Positions 1-12,266 are shown, numbered from the stretch's first letter. The stretch is 64,000 nt of DNA from Mayamaea pseudoterrestris (GCA_027923505.1 BROI01000007.1:372001-436000); one strand, 5' to 3'. Notes: a model not told the origin generated them from the letters alone. Translations and numbers: made by a program.

Positions 1-152
1 CCTGTAGGTGCCCAAATTACACCAGAACGGCGCCAACATCATTTTTGAGGATGCGCTACAAGATGGTAAGCTTGGCTGGTGTCTCAGGGGATGACAATGT
101 ATTTGGTGACAACTTGTCACCAGTCTCAGCCTGCAGATGCCGTGACATTCAG
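1..152 (-). repeat. 169-bp satellite monomer, reverse orientation relative to the 43.8-55.1 kb array
   Basis: Near-identical to the reverse complement of the array monomer (cctgtaggtgccc...ggtgacaacttgtcaccagtctcagc...gtgacattca). Confidence 0.95.
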
Positions 153-159
153 ACCCAAT

Positions 160-470
160 TTTTCTTGTTGCGCGCCTGAAATAAGGATGTTTGCCCCATT
201 CTGGTTTGATCTGGGCATACACATGGCTCAAGGGATGGGCTTTTGAAAGGCATGGCAGCTGCTGTCTGAGACTGGTGACAAGTTATCACCAATTACATCC
301 CAGTCCCTGAGACACCAGCTAGTAATTTTATCTTGAAGCGCACCTGAAACAAGGATGTGAGCACCATTCTGGTTTGATTAAAGCATACACATGGCTCAAG
401 GTATGGCCACTTGAAAGGCATGGCAGCTGCTGGCTGCGGCTGGTGACAAGGTGTCACCAATCACGTCGCA
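160..470 (+). repeat. About two diverged satellite monomers (distinct subfamily), forward orientation
   Basis: ccattctggt, ctgagactggtgacaagttatcacc and ccctgagacaccag blocks recur with ~170-bp period; many substitutions relative to the main array. Confidence 0.85.
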
Positions 471-715
471 GTAAACTAAGGGACCCGCCAGTGAAAAAAA
501 ACCTTGCAGCGCCCCTATGAGAGTGGGTTGTTGATAATTTTACTGCATCTGCCATATGCATCTACATTCAATACTAGCTGTCATCCAAAGAGTAGTCAAT
601 TTAAACACAACAACATCCATAAATCGAGCCCTCGGTCAGAATCAAAATAGTACATAAACTTGATATCTATATTTTAAAGCTTCTTTACAGCATCACAAAG
701 GTATTTCCACACGCT

Positions 716-1204
716 TCACTGAAGAAGAACCCTTGAAATATCACGCTGATTCGGCCGGACCAAATCACGCACAAGGAGGAGCGGCACTAGGTATAGAATC
801 AAGAATGGTTGCGCAAAAAAGCGAAGCGACGGGGGAAGAGTTCCAAGAAAGGCCGTAATTGGATGTCGAATCCAAAGGAGGGCTGATGTGATGGAATGGA
901 TGACGTCGGCAAAATCTTCAACGACGGCCTTGGCAATGGTAACAATGAACTCGGTCAGGTCAATGCGTCGAACGGGATTGACTGCGGCTTGACGAACATT
1001 GACTTGCTGTCTCGTGCGTGCGACTGAAGATGGTGAGCGCGTATTGATCGTTGACTGCATTGCTGATGATGGGCGGAGCGATTGTGGTGCGGTGTGGTGA
1101 ACCTGCAGTTGCGCCTTCGTCGTAAATGAATTCCACCGTGTGACGGCAAAGCCATCGACGCTGGCAAGCAGAAGCAATATAATGGCGAGTAAGAATCTTG
1201 ACAT
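716..1204 (-). CDS. Hypothetical, probably plastid-targeted protein; paralog of 1558-2271
   Basis: Likely start MSRFLLAIILLLLASVDG-FAV (signal peptide with F at +1); C-terminal LRFFAQPFLILYLVPLLLVRDL shared with the neighbouring gene. Confidence 0.7.
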   Translation of the reverse strand: MSRFLLAIILLLLASVDGFAVTRWNSFTTKAQLQVHHTAPQSLRPSSAMQSTINTRSPSSVARTRQQVNVRQAAVNPVRRIDLTEFIVTIAKAVVEDFADVIHSITSALLWIRHPITAFLGTLPPSLRFFAQPFLILYLVPLLLVRDLVRPNQRDISRVLLQ

Positions 1205-1557
1205 CTTGGAGAGATGAGTGAAGAGCGCTGTTCGAAAGAAGAGCAAGAATTGTGAACCTCGCGAATAATGTTCAAAGAAAGGCAAACTACGAAACCACGA
1301 CTTAAAAATCATCGGCGAAGTCTGCACAAAAGGCGACGTCATTCCAGTTGCGGTGCGAGGTCTGAATGCATTGCGCCATTTTTTTGCTAAGTTAGTATGA
1401 TTACTCTCACTATATTAAGGCATTCCACCAACAAATAATAGGCCTACGGCTAGCAATCCAAATATACAAATTTAGCGACGGATATCAAGCTCAGCTTGTC
1501 CGGCAAAACCGACCACGAAGTTGGCAATGTTCCCGAGCTAACTGCCCTCCATCAAGT

Positions 1558-2271
1558 CTAGCCCTGAAGCCCCGCTTGCTCCTGCAGTTCCATGGACAGA
1601 AACGAAGATTCTGCAACTGCTTCCCTCATATCGAGCTCGGATATATCTGACTCCAACTCGTTGGCACTGTTTACATGGACCGGCCAATACTGTGTGCTTC
1701 CATCAGCAACTTGCACCGCCCTCTTCCATCCTTCCACAAAGTGATCATGTGAGCGTCGGGCATTGCTTCTATTCGGGCCTGCCAGGTTGCGGAGAATGAG
1801 CAAAGGTGCATAGTAAAGCACCAAGAAGGGTTGCACAAAGTACCGAAGCCATGTTGGCCAAATGTTAAGGACCAAGGCCATGATGGTTCTAATCCAGGCA
1901 CCCGAAAGTGCAACTGCCGACGTGTAAATTGCAGTCGCTGAAATGCCAGTCATGGTCCGTAGAAAACTGCGGGCGGCTGTCAAAGAAAACCCTGTCACAT
2001 TGCGAATTCTCGATCGATAGTGTGACGCAACTCCATTCGGCGAGTTTGGATCGGACAATGAGGCCAAGGAGTTTAAAGATTTGCGGGTAGACCATTGTTG
2101 TATCGGCAATGTAGCAGTGGCTGGTTTTGAAGTTGTCAATGCTGCCATCTGCTTGAGTCGCCGCCGATGGGCGCGCGAGATGTTGGAACGAGCGAAAGAG
2201 AATCCGTCTACTCCGAGCCCAAGGGAGCAGCAAACTCCCGCAAATAATAGTTGGCTCCGTCTCAACATCAT
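1558..2271 (-). CDS. Hypothetical, probably plastid-targeted membrane-associated protein
   Basis: 237-aa ORF; leader ending GLGVDG-FSF followed by an S/R-rich transit-like region; LRYFVQPFLVLYYAPLLILRNL motif. Confidence 0.75.
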   Translation of the reverse strand: MMLRRSQLLFAGVCCSLGLGVDGFSFARSNISRAHRRRLKQMAALTTSKPATATLPIQQWSTRKSLNSLASLSDPNSPNGVASHYRSRIRNVTGFSLTAARSFLRTMTGISATAIYTSAVALSGAWIRTIMALVLNIWPTWLRYFVQPFLVLYYAPLLILRNLAGPNRSNARRSHDHFVEGWKRAVQVADGSTQYWPVHVNSANELESDISELDMREAVAESSFLSMELQEQAGLQG

Positions 2272-3892
2272 AATCGACTAGCCGAAGGAGACAAATGTCT
2301 GTTGTATGTACTGTATATAGTATATAGTATCGCTGATGACTGCCGCCAATGGACGTGGTGATGGACGTTTGCTCGCTACCTTGACACGGCCATCAAGTTG
2401 ATTGCAGTCGCTCCGGTACTCACAGTTGCACCTCTGCCGACCACCGAAACCATAATTCCTTCCGTCAACCATGGTCTTGAACGCAAGCTTAATCGTCTCC
2501 TACATGCCGAGGAGGATAATATGATGATACCTTGCTGGGTGACAAGGGAATCTTACAAAATGTGCGATAATTGATTTATTGCCGATGGCCAATGGTAAGT
2601 CAAACCTTTCGTTCTACGACCAAGCACATTGCGCCTGCTCGTTGACGTACTCGAATCACAATGATCTACCACAAATTCTGATATAATGAGACTGAATCTT
2701 TCATGTCGACTAAGCCCTTGAGGCTCTTTGTGTGAGTGATTTCGAGATGCAACAAACAACGGCGCGAGCCAACGACTTGCACATGTTCAATTCCAGATGA
2801 AGACTCCATATCTTAGGACACCTTCAGAACGCTTACCAGCGTCATGAGAAGACAATTGTTGTTATTCGTACTGTCTGATGGATTTGAAAAAAGAGTGTGT
2901 GTGTGTATGCGAGCGATAAATGAGCAGCGCTCGGAACATATGATGAAACTACTTTTGCCTTCATGACTACTGGCAACTGAACGTTTACATGTTGATTTAC
3001 AAAACAACTTTAATATACACTGATGTTCCGAGCGAAGGCACTGCGTTTAAATTGCTTTGTATGTCCTGGATATTCTCATCCTGCCCTTCTTATTTTAGCA
3101 AACAGGCGATGGGGTGGCTCTGATCTCTGATCGCGTTTCTTCGAATCGGCGGCGGATCGAAGCTGCCAGAGAGTAACCAGCCAATTCTTATACGTTAGAT
3201 TATGATATATGCGATCTGAATTGCAGTTCGAATTACTTTGTGAGCTTGCCTGCAAGCGCTTACGAGTGCCTGTCGCAGTCATGGAACGACGCATGATACG
3301 GCTGCTGCGTAGACGAATCACCTTATAAACAATAATTAACGCCCAAATGTTGTATTTTTACATAAAGTATCTCTCGTTTCTACAGTTTTCACAAGCCAGT
3401 ACGCCTCCTTCGCCGTAAAGTGGTTGTTTCCAACTTCTTCATAGCTAAACTACATTGCCGCGCCCACCCGCCAGCAACGTCACCAACCGTCAAGTGCGTA
3501 AAACCCGACGACGGACGGACGAACGCCTCTCCGACCATTGAAGCGTCACCGTCATTCGTCTTGCTCCACTCGTTTTTCTTCCATCCATCGTGCCGACGAC
3601 ATTGCGCACTGTTCTTCCATTGTTCAACGCGACTTCTATTACTTGTCCAGTTCAAGAACAATTTACAGAGTAGCAGGTAAGGGAAACAATCAGAGCAGCA
3701 TATTGGACGTGAGAGGACAGTATAGAGATACGATCGTACGCCTTGGCAACGATTTTTTCCATTCCGTCGCTCGAGCTGCGCGACGGAAATTCGATGCGCA
3801 GTTTTTGCTGATTCCTTTGCTCGCCACCTGTACTCACCAGCAATTTGCATTTACTCATCCAGTTTTTACAGTAAGCAGAAAAAGCATAAAAC

Positions 3893-6800
3893 ATGTCTTC
3901 GCTCGATGCCAAGTTTGCCGCACTCAAGCTCGACGATGTTTCGAGCATTGTTGATGCCGTCAAGAAGGACGGTGTTGAAAAGTCGGGACTTGCCTCCAAC
4001 ATTGAAGTTCTTCGCGCCAAGTGTGCGTCCAAGGATGACGCGGAAGCCATTGCTGGTATGAAGACGGTCACTCAGTTGGCGACGGAATGTCCCGAAGCGC
4101 AGGCATTTACCAAGGAATGTCTTTTGGCATGTAAGTCGTCGAAATGGGGACATATTTTTAGTGAAGTGCTTGCCCGGGATGTATGGAAAAGTGATCATTG
4201 CGACGTGTAATCATGTTGGCTTGTCTTGGCACTCTTTCGACCTTTGGTGCAGTCTGTGCATGCTGTTTATGATCTGGACCTCTACGGCTGCGCGAATATG
4301 CTGCGCCGCGATCGAATCTGCATCATGGTATTGTTCTCACTCAATTCTTTCACGCCCCTTTTCGACAGGCTTTGAACAAGCGGCCGCCAAGAGCGCCGAC
4401 GTGCGTGATGCCGCCAAGGAGAGCGCCACGACGATTTGCGAAAAGATTAATCCATTCGCCATGAAGTCATTGCTACCCAGCATTTTCAAGGCACTTCCAG
4501 TCGAACAAAAGTGGCAGGTTCGTGAGCTCGCGCTCAACTGCCTAGCTGGATTCAAGGCGTCGGCCCCTCGTCAGTTGGCTGATGCTCTTCCGGAAGTAAT
4601 TCCTGAGGTAACAGCATGCATGTGGGACACAAAGAAGCAAGTAAAGGAGGCTTCCAGTGCCACGATGAAGGCCGCCATGGAAATTATTGGTAACAGGGAT
4701 GTGGAGCACATGACGGACAAGATTTTAAAGGCCATTACTACGCCCAAGGAAGTGCCGGAGATCATGCATCAAATGGCGGGAGTCACCTTTGTCCAAAGTG
4801 TCGAGTCGCCCGTCCTTGCCATGGTTGTTCCATTGCTCCTTCGTGGACTACGAGAAAAGTCCATTGCCACCAAGCGTCAGTCGGCTGTCGTCATTAACAA
4901 CATGAGCAAGCTTGTGGACAACCCACTTGATGCCGCTCCATTCTTGCCGCTCTTGCTTCCGGCGTTGGAGCAAAACGCATCGAGCATTGCCGACCCAGAG
5001 GCTCGTGAGGTCACGGAGAAGGCCGTCGCTCAAATGTCGCGACTGAAGGGACTTGCCGACAAGGCTCAGTCGGTTCGAGGAGATGTATCCAAGCTTGAGA
5101 GCGAGTTCGCCAAGGTCTTCACCGGCGAGTTCACATCGGGTGGTTTGGACCGTGTCATCAAGCACTGTGCAAGCATTGCAACCACCATGATGGATCTCAA
5201 CTTTATGGAGGATAGCCAGTGGACCAAGAATGTGTCAGCGTCAATCCAGGCTTACTTTGACAAGACCAAGGCTGACGAAGGTACCGAGCAGGTCCGCGTC
5301 GCTGCCGAGGCAATGATGGAAATCAAGGAGGAAGAAGACGACGAGGACGACGCCGAGGAGCTGTGCAACTGCACCTTTACGCTCGCGTACGGTACCAAGA
5401 TTCTACTTCACAACTCTAAGATGAAGCTCATGCGTGGTAAGCGTTACGGTCTCCTCGGGCCTAACGACTGTGGAAAGACGACGCTCATGAGAGCCATTGC
5501 CAATAACCAAGTCGAAGGTTTCCCCGACACGACGCAAGTTCGAACCGTCTTTGTCGAAGCTGATATTCAGGGTGAGCAGTCCCATCTTTCGTGCGTCGAC
5601 TACATTATGCATGATCCCAAGATCCAGGCCATGGGCATCGAAAACAGCGAGGTCCGAGCTGTGCTCTCGACTGTGGGTTTCACCGAGGACGGCAAGGCCA
5701 AGCCGGATCACGCCGTGTCGACCCTCAGTGGCGGCTGGAGAATGAAGCTTGCCTTGGCTCGTGCCATGCTTCAAAAGGCAGACATCCTACTACTTGATGA
5801 GCCCACGAACCATTTGGACGTTATCAATGTCGCCTGGGTGAAGAACTACTTGAACTCGCTCACAAATGTTACCTCGATCATTGTCAGTCACGACTCGGGT
5901 CTGCTCAACGACTGCTGTACGCACATTCTCTCGTTCGACAACCTCAAGTTGCACGTCTTCAAGGGCAACCTCGACGAGTATGTCAAGACGCACCCAGCTG
6001 CGCGCTCGTTCTTCTCGCTTGCGGCGTCCAAGATGAAGTTCAAGTTCCCCAACCCTGGCCCGATCGAGGGAGTGAAGTCCAAGGGTAAGGCGCTCATGAA
6101 GATGGTCAATTGCACCTTCACGTACCCGGTCAATCAGACCCCTACACTGTTCGACATTACCATTCAGGTCTCGCTCAGCTCGCGTGTCGCTTGCATTGGT
6201 GAGAATGGTGCCGGAAAGAGTACAATGATCAAGCTTTTGGTCGGTGAGATTGAGCCGCAGATTGGAGACGTTTGGAAGCACCCCAACGCCCGCGTCGCCT
6301 ACGTCGCGCAGCATGCATTCCACCACATTGAAAGCCATTTGGACAAGACTGCCAACGAATACATTCGCTGGCGATATGCCACGGGTGACGACAAGGAAAC
6401 TCTCGTTAAGGCGACCATGATGTACAGCGACGAGGAGCTTACTCTTCAAAAGACTCCTTACGAGTTACAAATTGTCGACGAGGCGAGTGGCAAGATTACC
6501 AAGATCAAGAAGGTTGTTTCCGAGCTCTTGGGCGGCCGCAAGCAAAACAAGAGCAAGGAGTACGAGTACGAAGTTCGTTACGCTGGCTCAAGTTCCGACC
6601 AGGGAGACTACTTGTCTTCCAAGGTCCTCAAGAAGATGGGATGGGAGAAGGCCATGAAGGCTGTCGATCTCAAGGCTGCCCAGAGAGCCGGTATGATGAT
6701 GAAGGCGCTGTCGGCGAAGAATGTTGAGGAGCATTTGGAACATTGTGGTTTGGCGCGCGAGTTTGGAACCCACTACCGCATGTCTGCTTTGTCGGGCGGA

Positions 6801-7250
6801 CAAAAGGTCAAGGTTGTGTTGGCTGCTGCCATGTGGATGCAACCGCACATTGTCATTTTGGACGAGCCGACCAATTATTTGGACCGCGAAAGTTTGGGAG
6901 CCCTTGCTGGTGCAATTGAGGAGTTTGATGGTGGTATCATTATCATTTCCCACAACAACGAGTTTGTTTCCAAGCTATGCCCAGAAACTTGGGTCATGGA
7001 CGCCGGTCACCTTGAAACCAAGGGTGATGCCGAATGGATGTTGAAGCAAGACGAGAAGATTAGTGACCAGCAGCAGATTACCGAGATGGTAGATGCTGCC
7101 GGAAACAAGGTTGAAATCAAGCAGGATAAGAAGAAACTATCTAAGAAGGAAGAGAAGGTTATGATCAAGAAGGTCAAGGCCAAGATTAAGGCTGGCGAGA
7201 AGCTTGACAGCGAGGAGGAAGAGTTTGCATTTGAGAAGGAGTTGATGTAA
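3893..7250 (+). CDS. eEF3: Translation elongation factor 3 (ABCF-type ATPase); exons 3893-4130 and 4369-7250
   Basis: HEAT-repeat N-terminus; two ABC cassettes (GPNDCGKTT/LSGGW/LLDEPTNHLD and GENGAGKST/LSGGQ/ILDEPTNYLD); chromodomain-like insert (EYEYEVRY); Lys-rich tail; GTAAGT...ACAG intron keeps the frame. Confidence 0.95.
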
Positions 7251-7697
7251 GCGGTTGCAGGTACTTTCGTTGCAGTACTTTCAAGCGCTGTAGAACTTCC
7301 ATAAAATATATGTAAGGGACAGTTACTAATCAATTCATGTTTAGCTTGGCACGATACTTTATTTTACTTGGATATCATCCAGACCACTCAGGAATGGCGG
7401 AAGGAAGTCCGTTCTGGCCCCTATATGTCGGGTTACTGGAGAGGGAGGGTTTCCAGACGAAGCATTTGACCAAACATAATGCACCTGCATGACCAAACCT
7501 TTGCTTACCTTGGTTAATTGCTTCACTTGCCCTTAAAGCTCATTGTCAGTGAGAAGCTTGCGTCTTCTGGCTAAGCCAGGGACAGTATCCTAGTGTGTGT
7601 CGTACTGGTTCTGTCACGTACTTCGCGTCGCGGTCGATCTCATTTCTCACGAAGTGTTTTGAACCATGAAATCACAGCCGATCACCTTACGTATAAA

Positions 7698-9692
7698 ATG
7701 AGTTCCAACCTCCGCATTACATGCTTAATTCCGTCAGCTACAGATATCTGCGTCTTGTCTCTGGGTCTGGCCGAATCTGTCGTTGGCGTCACACACGAAT
7801 GCGATCTTTCGCAGCTGCCAAGCACTACAAGAGTTGTCACGGCCGATCGGCTGGACGCGTCGTCGCTGACGCAAGCCGAGATTCATGAGCGAGTCTGCGC
7901 GCAAGCGGCAAATGCGACCTGTACAAGACCTGCGAGTGCAGATGCGCCTGCTCCGAGTACTGACGACGTTCCGTCCTTGTATCCGATTCTGCCCGACGAG
8001 TTTCTGTCAGCGGCGCCGACGATTGTCTTGACGCAGGATCTTTGCGCCGTTTGCGCGCCAACTACCAGAGAGGTGCACGAGACGCTGGCAAGTGGTGGAA
8101 CTGACAATGAGAAGGATGATAATAATCCGCTCATTGTTTCGCTTGGCCCAGAGACGCTAGAGGATATTCCCGAAAGTATTCGCATTGTTGCATCGGCCTG
8201 CAACATTACTGATCGTGGAGACATTGCAGCCAAGGAATTTCAGATGCAGCTGGAAACGATTCAAAGCATTGTTCAGCGTCATACTGCTGCGAACATTACC
8301 CGGCCTCGCATGCTACTGCTCGAGTGGCTCGATCCACCCATGGATGGCGGACACTGGATTCCGGAAATGATGGAATACGCTGGAGTCGACTGTGCCGATT
8401 TAGCCACAAGTACAAACAAGAGTTTGCCAAGAAAATCTCAAGCCATGCATTGGCAAACGATTCAGCAAGACATTCAACCAAACGTCATTCTCGTGGCGTG
8501 CTGCGGATTTGACTTGCAGCGCAATCACAAGGACATTTTGCTGGCGCGAGAGCAGCTCGCCAAGTGCAAAGACGTTCGCGTCGTGGCAACCAATGGCGAC
8601 TTGTACTTTGCACGCCCCGGGCCTCGACTTGTAATGGGGACGGCAATCATGGCAACGGCGGCGTATGGTAATGAGTATCCGGCCTTGGCAACCGAGATTT
8701 TGCAATTACCCTTTATGCGTAATTTGGATCCAGCGACGCTGCTTTGTACCGTTGATGTGACGCGTGCACCGACAGACAATATGTCCTTTTCGCCTGATAC
8801 GTCAACGTCGGAGCCAATTGGAGATTTGGAGGACGCACATGTGCTACACGCTCGCGCATGCGCAGCCAAGGAGTCATTCTACAAGGATCCAGAGTCGGGT
8901 TACATGGTATTTACGGAGCATGCGCACAAGCTTCGCGGCAAGTGTTGTGGATCTGGCTGTAGACATTGTCCGTACTCGCATGTGAATGTTCGAGACAAGG
9001 CTAGTAAGATTCAGCAGCCAGCCATGATTTACGCAGGCGACGACGACGGTGTACTCAGTCTTAAGCATGGAAACGTTAGAGTCTTGTTCTTCAGTGGAGG
9101 CAAGGACTCGTTCTTAGCGCTTCGCGCATTAGCCCGGCAAGCCATGGCTAATGACGGATCGCCCTTTGGCGTTTGTCTTTTGACAACTTTTGACGCATCG
9201 AGTCGGGTCGTGGCGCATCAAGACATTCACATGAGCGTTGTCGAACGCCAAGCACGACATTTGGGGGTGGCGTTGGTTGGTGTTCCCATGCATCGAGCGA
9301 GCTCGGAAGGGTATGTGGAGCGAGTGCGCAAAGGACTTGACGTACTGGAGGCGAACATTGGCAATGAAATTTCGGCCTTTGTTTTTGGTGATTTGCATTT
9401 GGAGCATATAGTGACTTGGCGCAAAGAAAATTTAGGATCGCTAGGCTATGAACTGCAATCGCCATTGTTGAACGTCAACTACGATACGCTGGCGGAAGAC
9501 CTTGAGCGATCGGGCGTTCCCTGCATAATCTCGTCGTCCACTATTGACGGCGTGTCAGTTGGTGACTCGTACAATCAAGAGCTGCGTGACAAGCTGACTC
9601 TGGCAAACGTCGACCTGTTTGGAGAGAACGGTGAGTTTCACACCGAGGCTCGCGTATGGGAGATGGAGAAAGATAAGGCGTTACATGGCTAA
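7698..9692 (+). CDS. Three-domain fusion: BtuF-like cobalamin/iron periplasmic-binding domain, DUF5522-like Cys-rich domain, and Dph6-like (diphthine-ammonia ligase family) ATP pyrophosphatase
   Basis: RITCLIPSATD...VVGVTHECD, LTQDLCAVCA, LEWLDPP..GGHWIPEM, CCGFD and YFARPGPRL; YKDPESGYMVFT...RGKCCGSGCRHCPY; FSGGKDS, FGDLHLE and GENGEFHT. Confidence 0.85.
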   Translation: MSSNLRITCLIPSATDICVLSLGLAESVVGVTHECDLSQLPSTTRVVTADRLDASSLTQAEIHERVCAQAANATCTRPASADAPAPSTDDVPSLYPILPDEFLSAAPTIVLTQDLCAVCAPTTREVHETLASGGTDNEKDDNNPLIVSLGPETLEDIPESIRIVASACNITDRGDIAAKEFQMQLETIQSIVQRHTAANITRPRMLLLEWLDPPMDGGHWIPEMMEYAGVDCADLATSTNKSLPRKSQAMHWQTIQQDIQPNVILVACCGFDLQRNHKDILLAREQLAKCKDVRVVATNGDLYFARPGPRLVMGTAIMATAAYGNEYPALATEILQLPFMRNLDPATLLCTVDVTRAPTDNMSFSPDTSTSEPIGDLEDAHVLHARACAAKESFYKDPESGYMVFTEHAHKLRGKCCGSGCRHCPYSHVNVRDKASKIQQPAMIYAGDDDGVLSLKHGNVRVLFFSGGKDSFLALRALARQAMANDGSPFGVCLLTTFDASSRVVAHQDIHMSVVERQARHLGVALVGVPMHRASSEGYVERVRKGLDVLEANIGNEISAFVFGDLHLEHIVTWRKENLGSLGYELQSPLLNVNYDTLAEDLERSGVPCIISSSTIDGVSVGDSYNQELRDKLTLANVDLFGENGEFHTEARVWEMEKDKALHG

Positions 9693-10093
9693 GCGGTGAT
9701 GATTTGTTGTATTGCTGGCTGGTCTGGATTACCTAGTGAACTTATTGCTCTTAGTTGTTGCGTTCGATGCAAGGGGTAGCATATTACTGTCGCACAGTTA
9801 CTGAGTACGACATGAACGGCGTCGTCGCTTATTCCATTCGCCACACTCCAACTTGGGCACACAATCTCGTCGCATTGATTGTTCAAAGTAATACTGCACA
9901 ATTTCACGTCTATCAGCATGCCGAGAAAGTAAGTATAAGCAAATATGGCCAGTGTATTATAACGGTATACAAAGGAAAAGCCGTGGATGGCGCTTGCGAA
10001 TGACTCGTTGACTCATCGGTCTGATCGCCACTACTTAACCTCACGCTATATTTTCCTTCAAAATGAAATTGAAGGTCCCCATTCAAGATCGAT

Positions 10094-10600
10094 TTGAACG
10101 TCCGAAAGGGCCAGCATGGCTATGATCTCATCCAGCGCTCCAAGCCAGCGGGCTTTCATGAACGAACGACGCAGCCGTCCTCGAACCTTCGAACGCTCTC
10201 GCAGACTCAAATCAATCAGCTGGCTGCGAAGCAACATCAACATGCCATGGCGATTGCCATGCGACCTGGACAACAAATTCTAATGAACGCATTCATGATG
10301 TACATGTCTGGAAGTCAGCTCAATATCTTTAGCATTTCGATTACGAGCTCGGCCATTCTCAGTCCTCTTGCGGCATTGTTGAACATTAACAATACCTTTG
10401 CTGCATTGCAATCGATTGATCTACAATACCCGAAACTAGCCTACATCGCCATGAATGTGGCGTGGCTCGCACTTGGACTGTACAAGATGGCGGGGATGAG
10501 GCTGCTTCCAACAACCTCGGCTGACTGGGCTTGGAAGCTGGACTGGAAGGACATGATGGAGACGACTAGCATCCCTGCTGTAGCTTACAGTAATTATTAG
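10094..10600 (+). CDS. EMC4: ER membrane protein complex subunit 4 (5' end uncertain, probably an upstream exon)
   Basis: AMRPGQQILMNAFMMYMSGSQLNIFSI and YKMAGMRLLPTTSADW motifs; an in-frame stop at 10070 implies splicing. Confidence 0.85.
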   Translation: MNVRKGQHGYDLIQRSKPAGFHERTTQPSSNLRTLSQTQINQLAAKQHQHAMAIAMRPGQQILMNAFMMYMSGSQLNIFSISITSSAILSPLAALLNINNTFAALQSIDLQYPKLAYIAMNVAWLALGLYKMAGMRLLPTTSADWAWKLDWKDMMETTSIPAVAYSNY

Positions 10601-10700
10601 AACTGTATCTGCCAGCGGTTCAAAATTTGACATAATTAAAAGTGCTTATAATAGTACATATACTGTACCTTCTGCGATCACCTGCATAAACATATCATCA

Positions 10701-12266
10701 TTAATCGATTGCGAGTCGACATGATCCTGGCGGCTCAATATTCGTCATGTGTGTTCTCCAGCCATTGGCTTCTAGCTCTACTCGAAACGCGTCATACGAG
10801 TCTTGACATTTTATGTAGCTTTGCCGAATGCTCGCCGTACCATCTTCCAAAGAACCAGTAGCACGCTGTTGCCGAAGAATATACGCATGATACATGCCCC
10901 GAATGAGGTCTTCTGCATCCGCGCTGTCGAGGAAAACTAAAATCACCGACGACCCATTGTTGTCGTGAGCTGTTGATGATATCACATACTTGTCATCGGG
11001 GCAGTCTTTGCGAATATCGTCAAGCTGGTTAGCACCATTGGGAGCTAGCCTTTGAAGACTGGTTCCAATGCTTAACCAATCGCTGGAGTCTCTGTCTTTA
11101 ACAATTGGAAGGTACTGCTCACGTCGGGCTACTTGTCTTGGCGTAAGGATTTGGTTTGACTCAAAATATTCCTCGAGCACCAGGTCGAGACGTTGCCGAT
11201 TGAAATGGTCTAAAGAAACATATCGCATCGCCATATAGTTGCATCCAAGATGAGTCGCCGATAGAAAACAAAATCCCAGAACAAAATTTGACGGATCATT
11301 GTTCAATACCATGGTGGACAAGCCCAAACCGACGCCCGTGCCGACAAGGCCTGCAGCCATACTCTGAGTTCCTGCCTTGACAGTAACGTCTGCCAAGTTA
11401 TTGTTCAGCGCTATCGACTGGTGAAGAGCTGCTCGACTCGCACTAGCCGTCAAGAAACCAATATTTTTGAGAACATTTGCTGCGCAGGCAACTGGAAGCA
11501 CCACCCACGATGCGGCGAATGGCGAGAGAATCTCCATGAGTGCCGCAGCATCCAAGGCGAGAGCTGCCGTCATGCGCCACTTTTTCGGATGAGTATCGAA
11601 TCGCTTCGTGTGACCCATGCGACTGGCAAACCAAACTCCGCCAAGTTGTCCAACACCTGCATGGATGCACGAGGGAAAAGACTGTGGGTATGCCGAGGCA
11701 GTGCGCATGGCTTTCATTGCCACGTATGGATTTACCACTTAAATAAATCCACCACACATTTGCTTACCATCCTTGAACACCCAATTGAGAGCTCCAGCCA
11801 TGATGCCAGCTGTTTGCATTTGATGCGATCCGACGACACCCACGGCCAGCAGTAAAGTCTGCGTCGACAATACCATGCCGGCACTTCCAGCGACGGATGC
11901 CGCAAAGCAAAATGAAGTGAATTTGGCATACTCGGGTTGTACACTGTGAGGATACTGAGCCGGAAGGAAGTGACTGATGACGTTTACATACAAGTAGTCT
12001 TGCAGCGAAAACGATGAGAGTGGATTCGTTGCAAGATGAGGCTCCTGCTTCTTCCAGGCGCTAGCACCGACCGGAATATAAACAGTAGCTCTCTTGTAGT
12101 GTTTCCTATCGTTCTTTTGCACACCAACTGCATGTTCCGAAGCTGGGTACTCCGTCACTGTGACAAACTGCGAAATTGTCGGCTTTGTTGACGACGTTAC
12201 ACTGGAGCATCGCACTCGGCGCAGTTGCTGCGCCATTGACGAACGGACAAGTTTATATGAAAACAT
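10701..12266 (-). CDS. RUS1/DUF647 (root UVB-sensitive) family protein; intron 11657-11767
   Basis: FLPAQYPHSV..EY, VLSTQTLLLAVG, ALNWVFKDG|VGQLG, FD.HPKKWR, ASRAALHQS.A..NNLADVTVK. Confidence 0.9.

Noticed and set aside
2300..3650. Short ORFs in the long intergenic region before eEF3
   Set aside because: No recognisable domains; more likely promoter or UTR sequence
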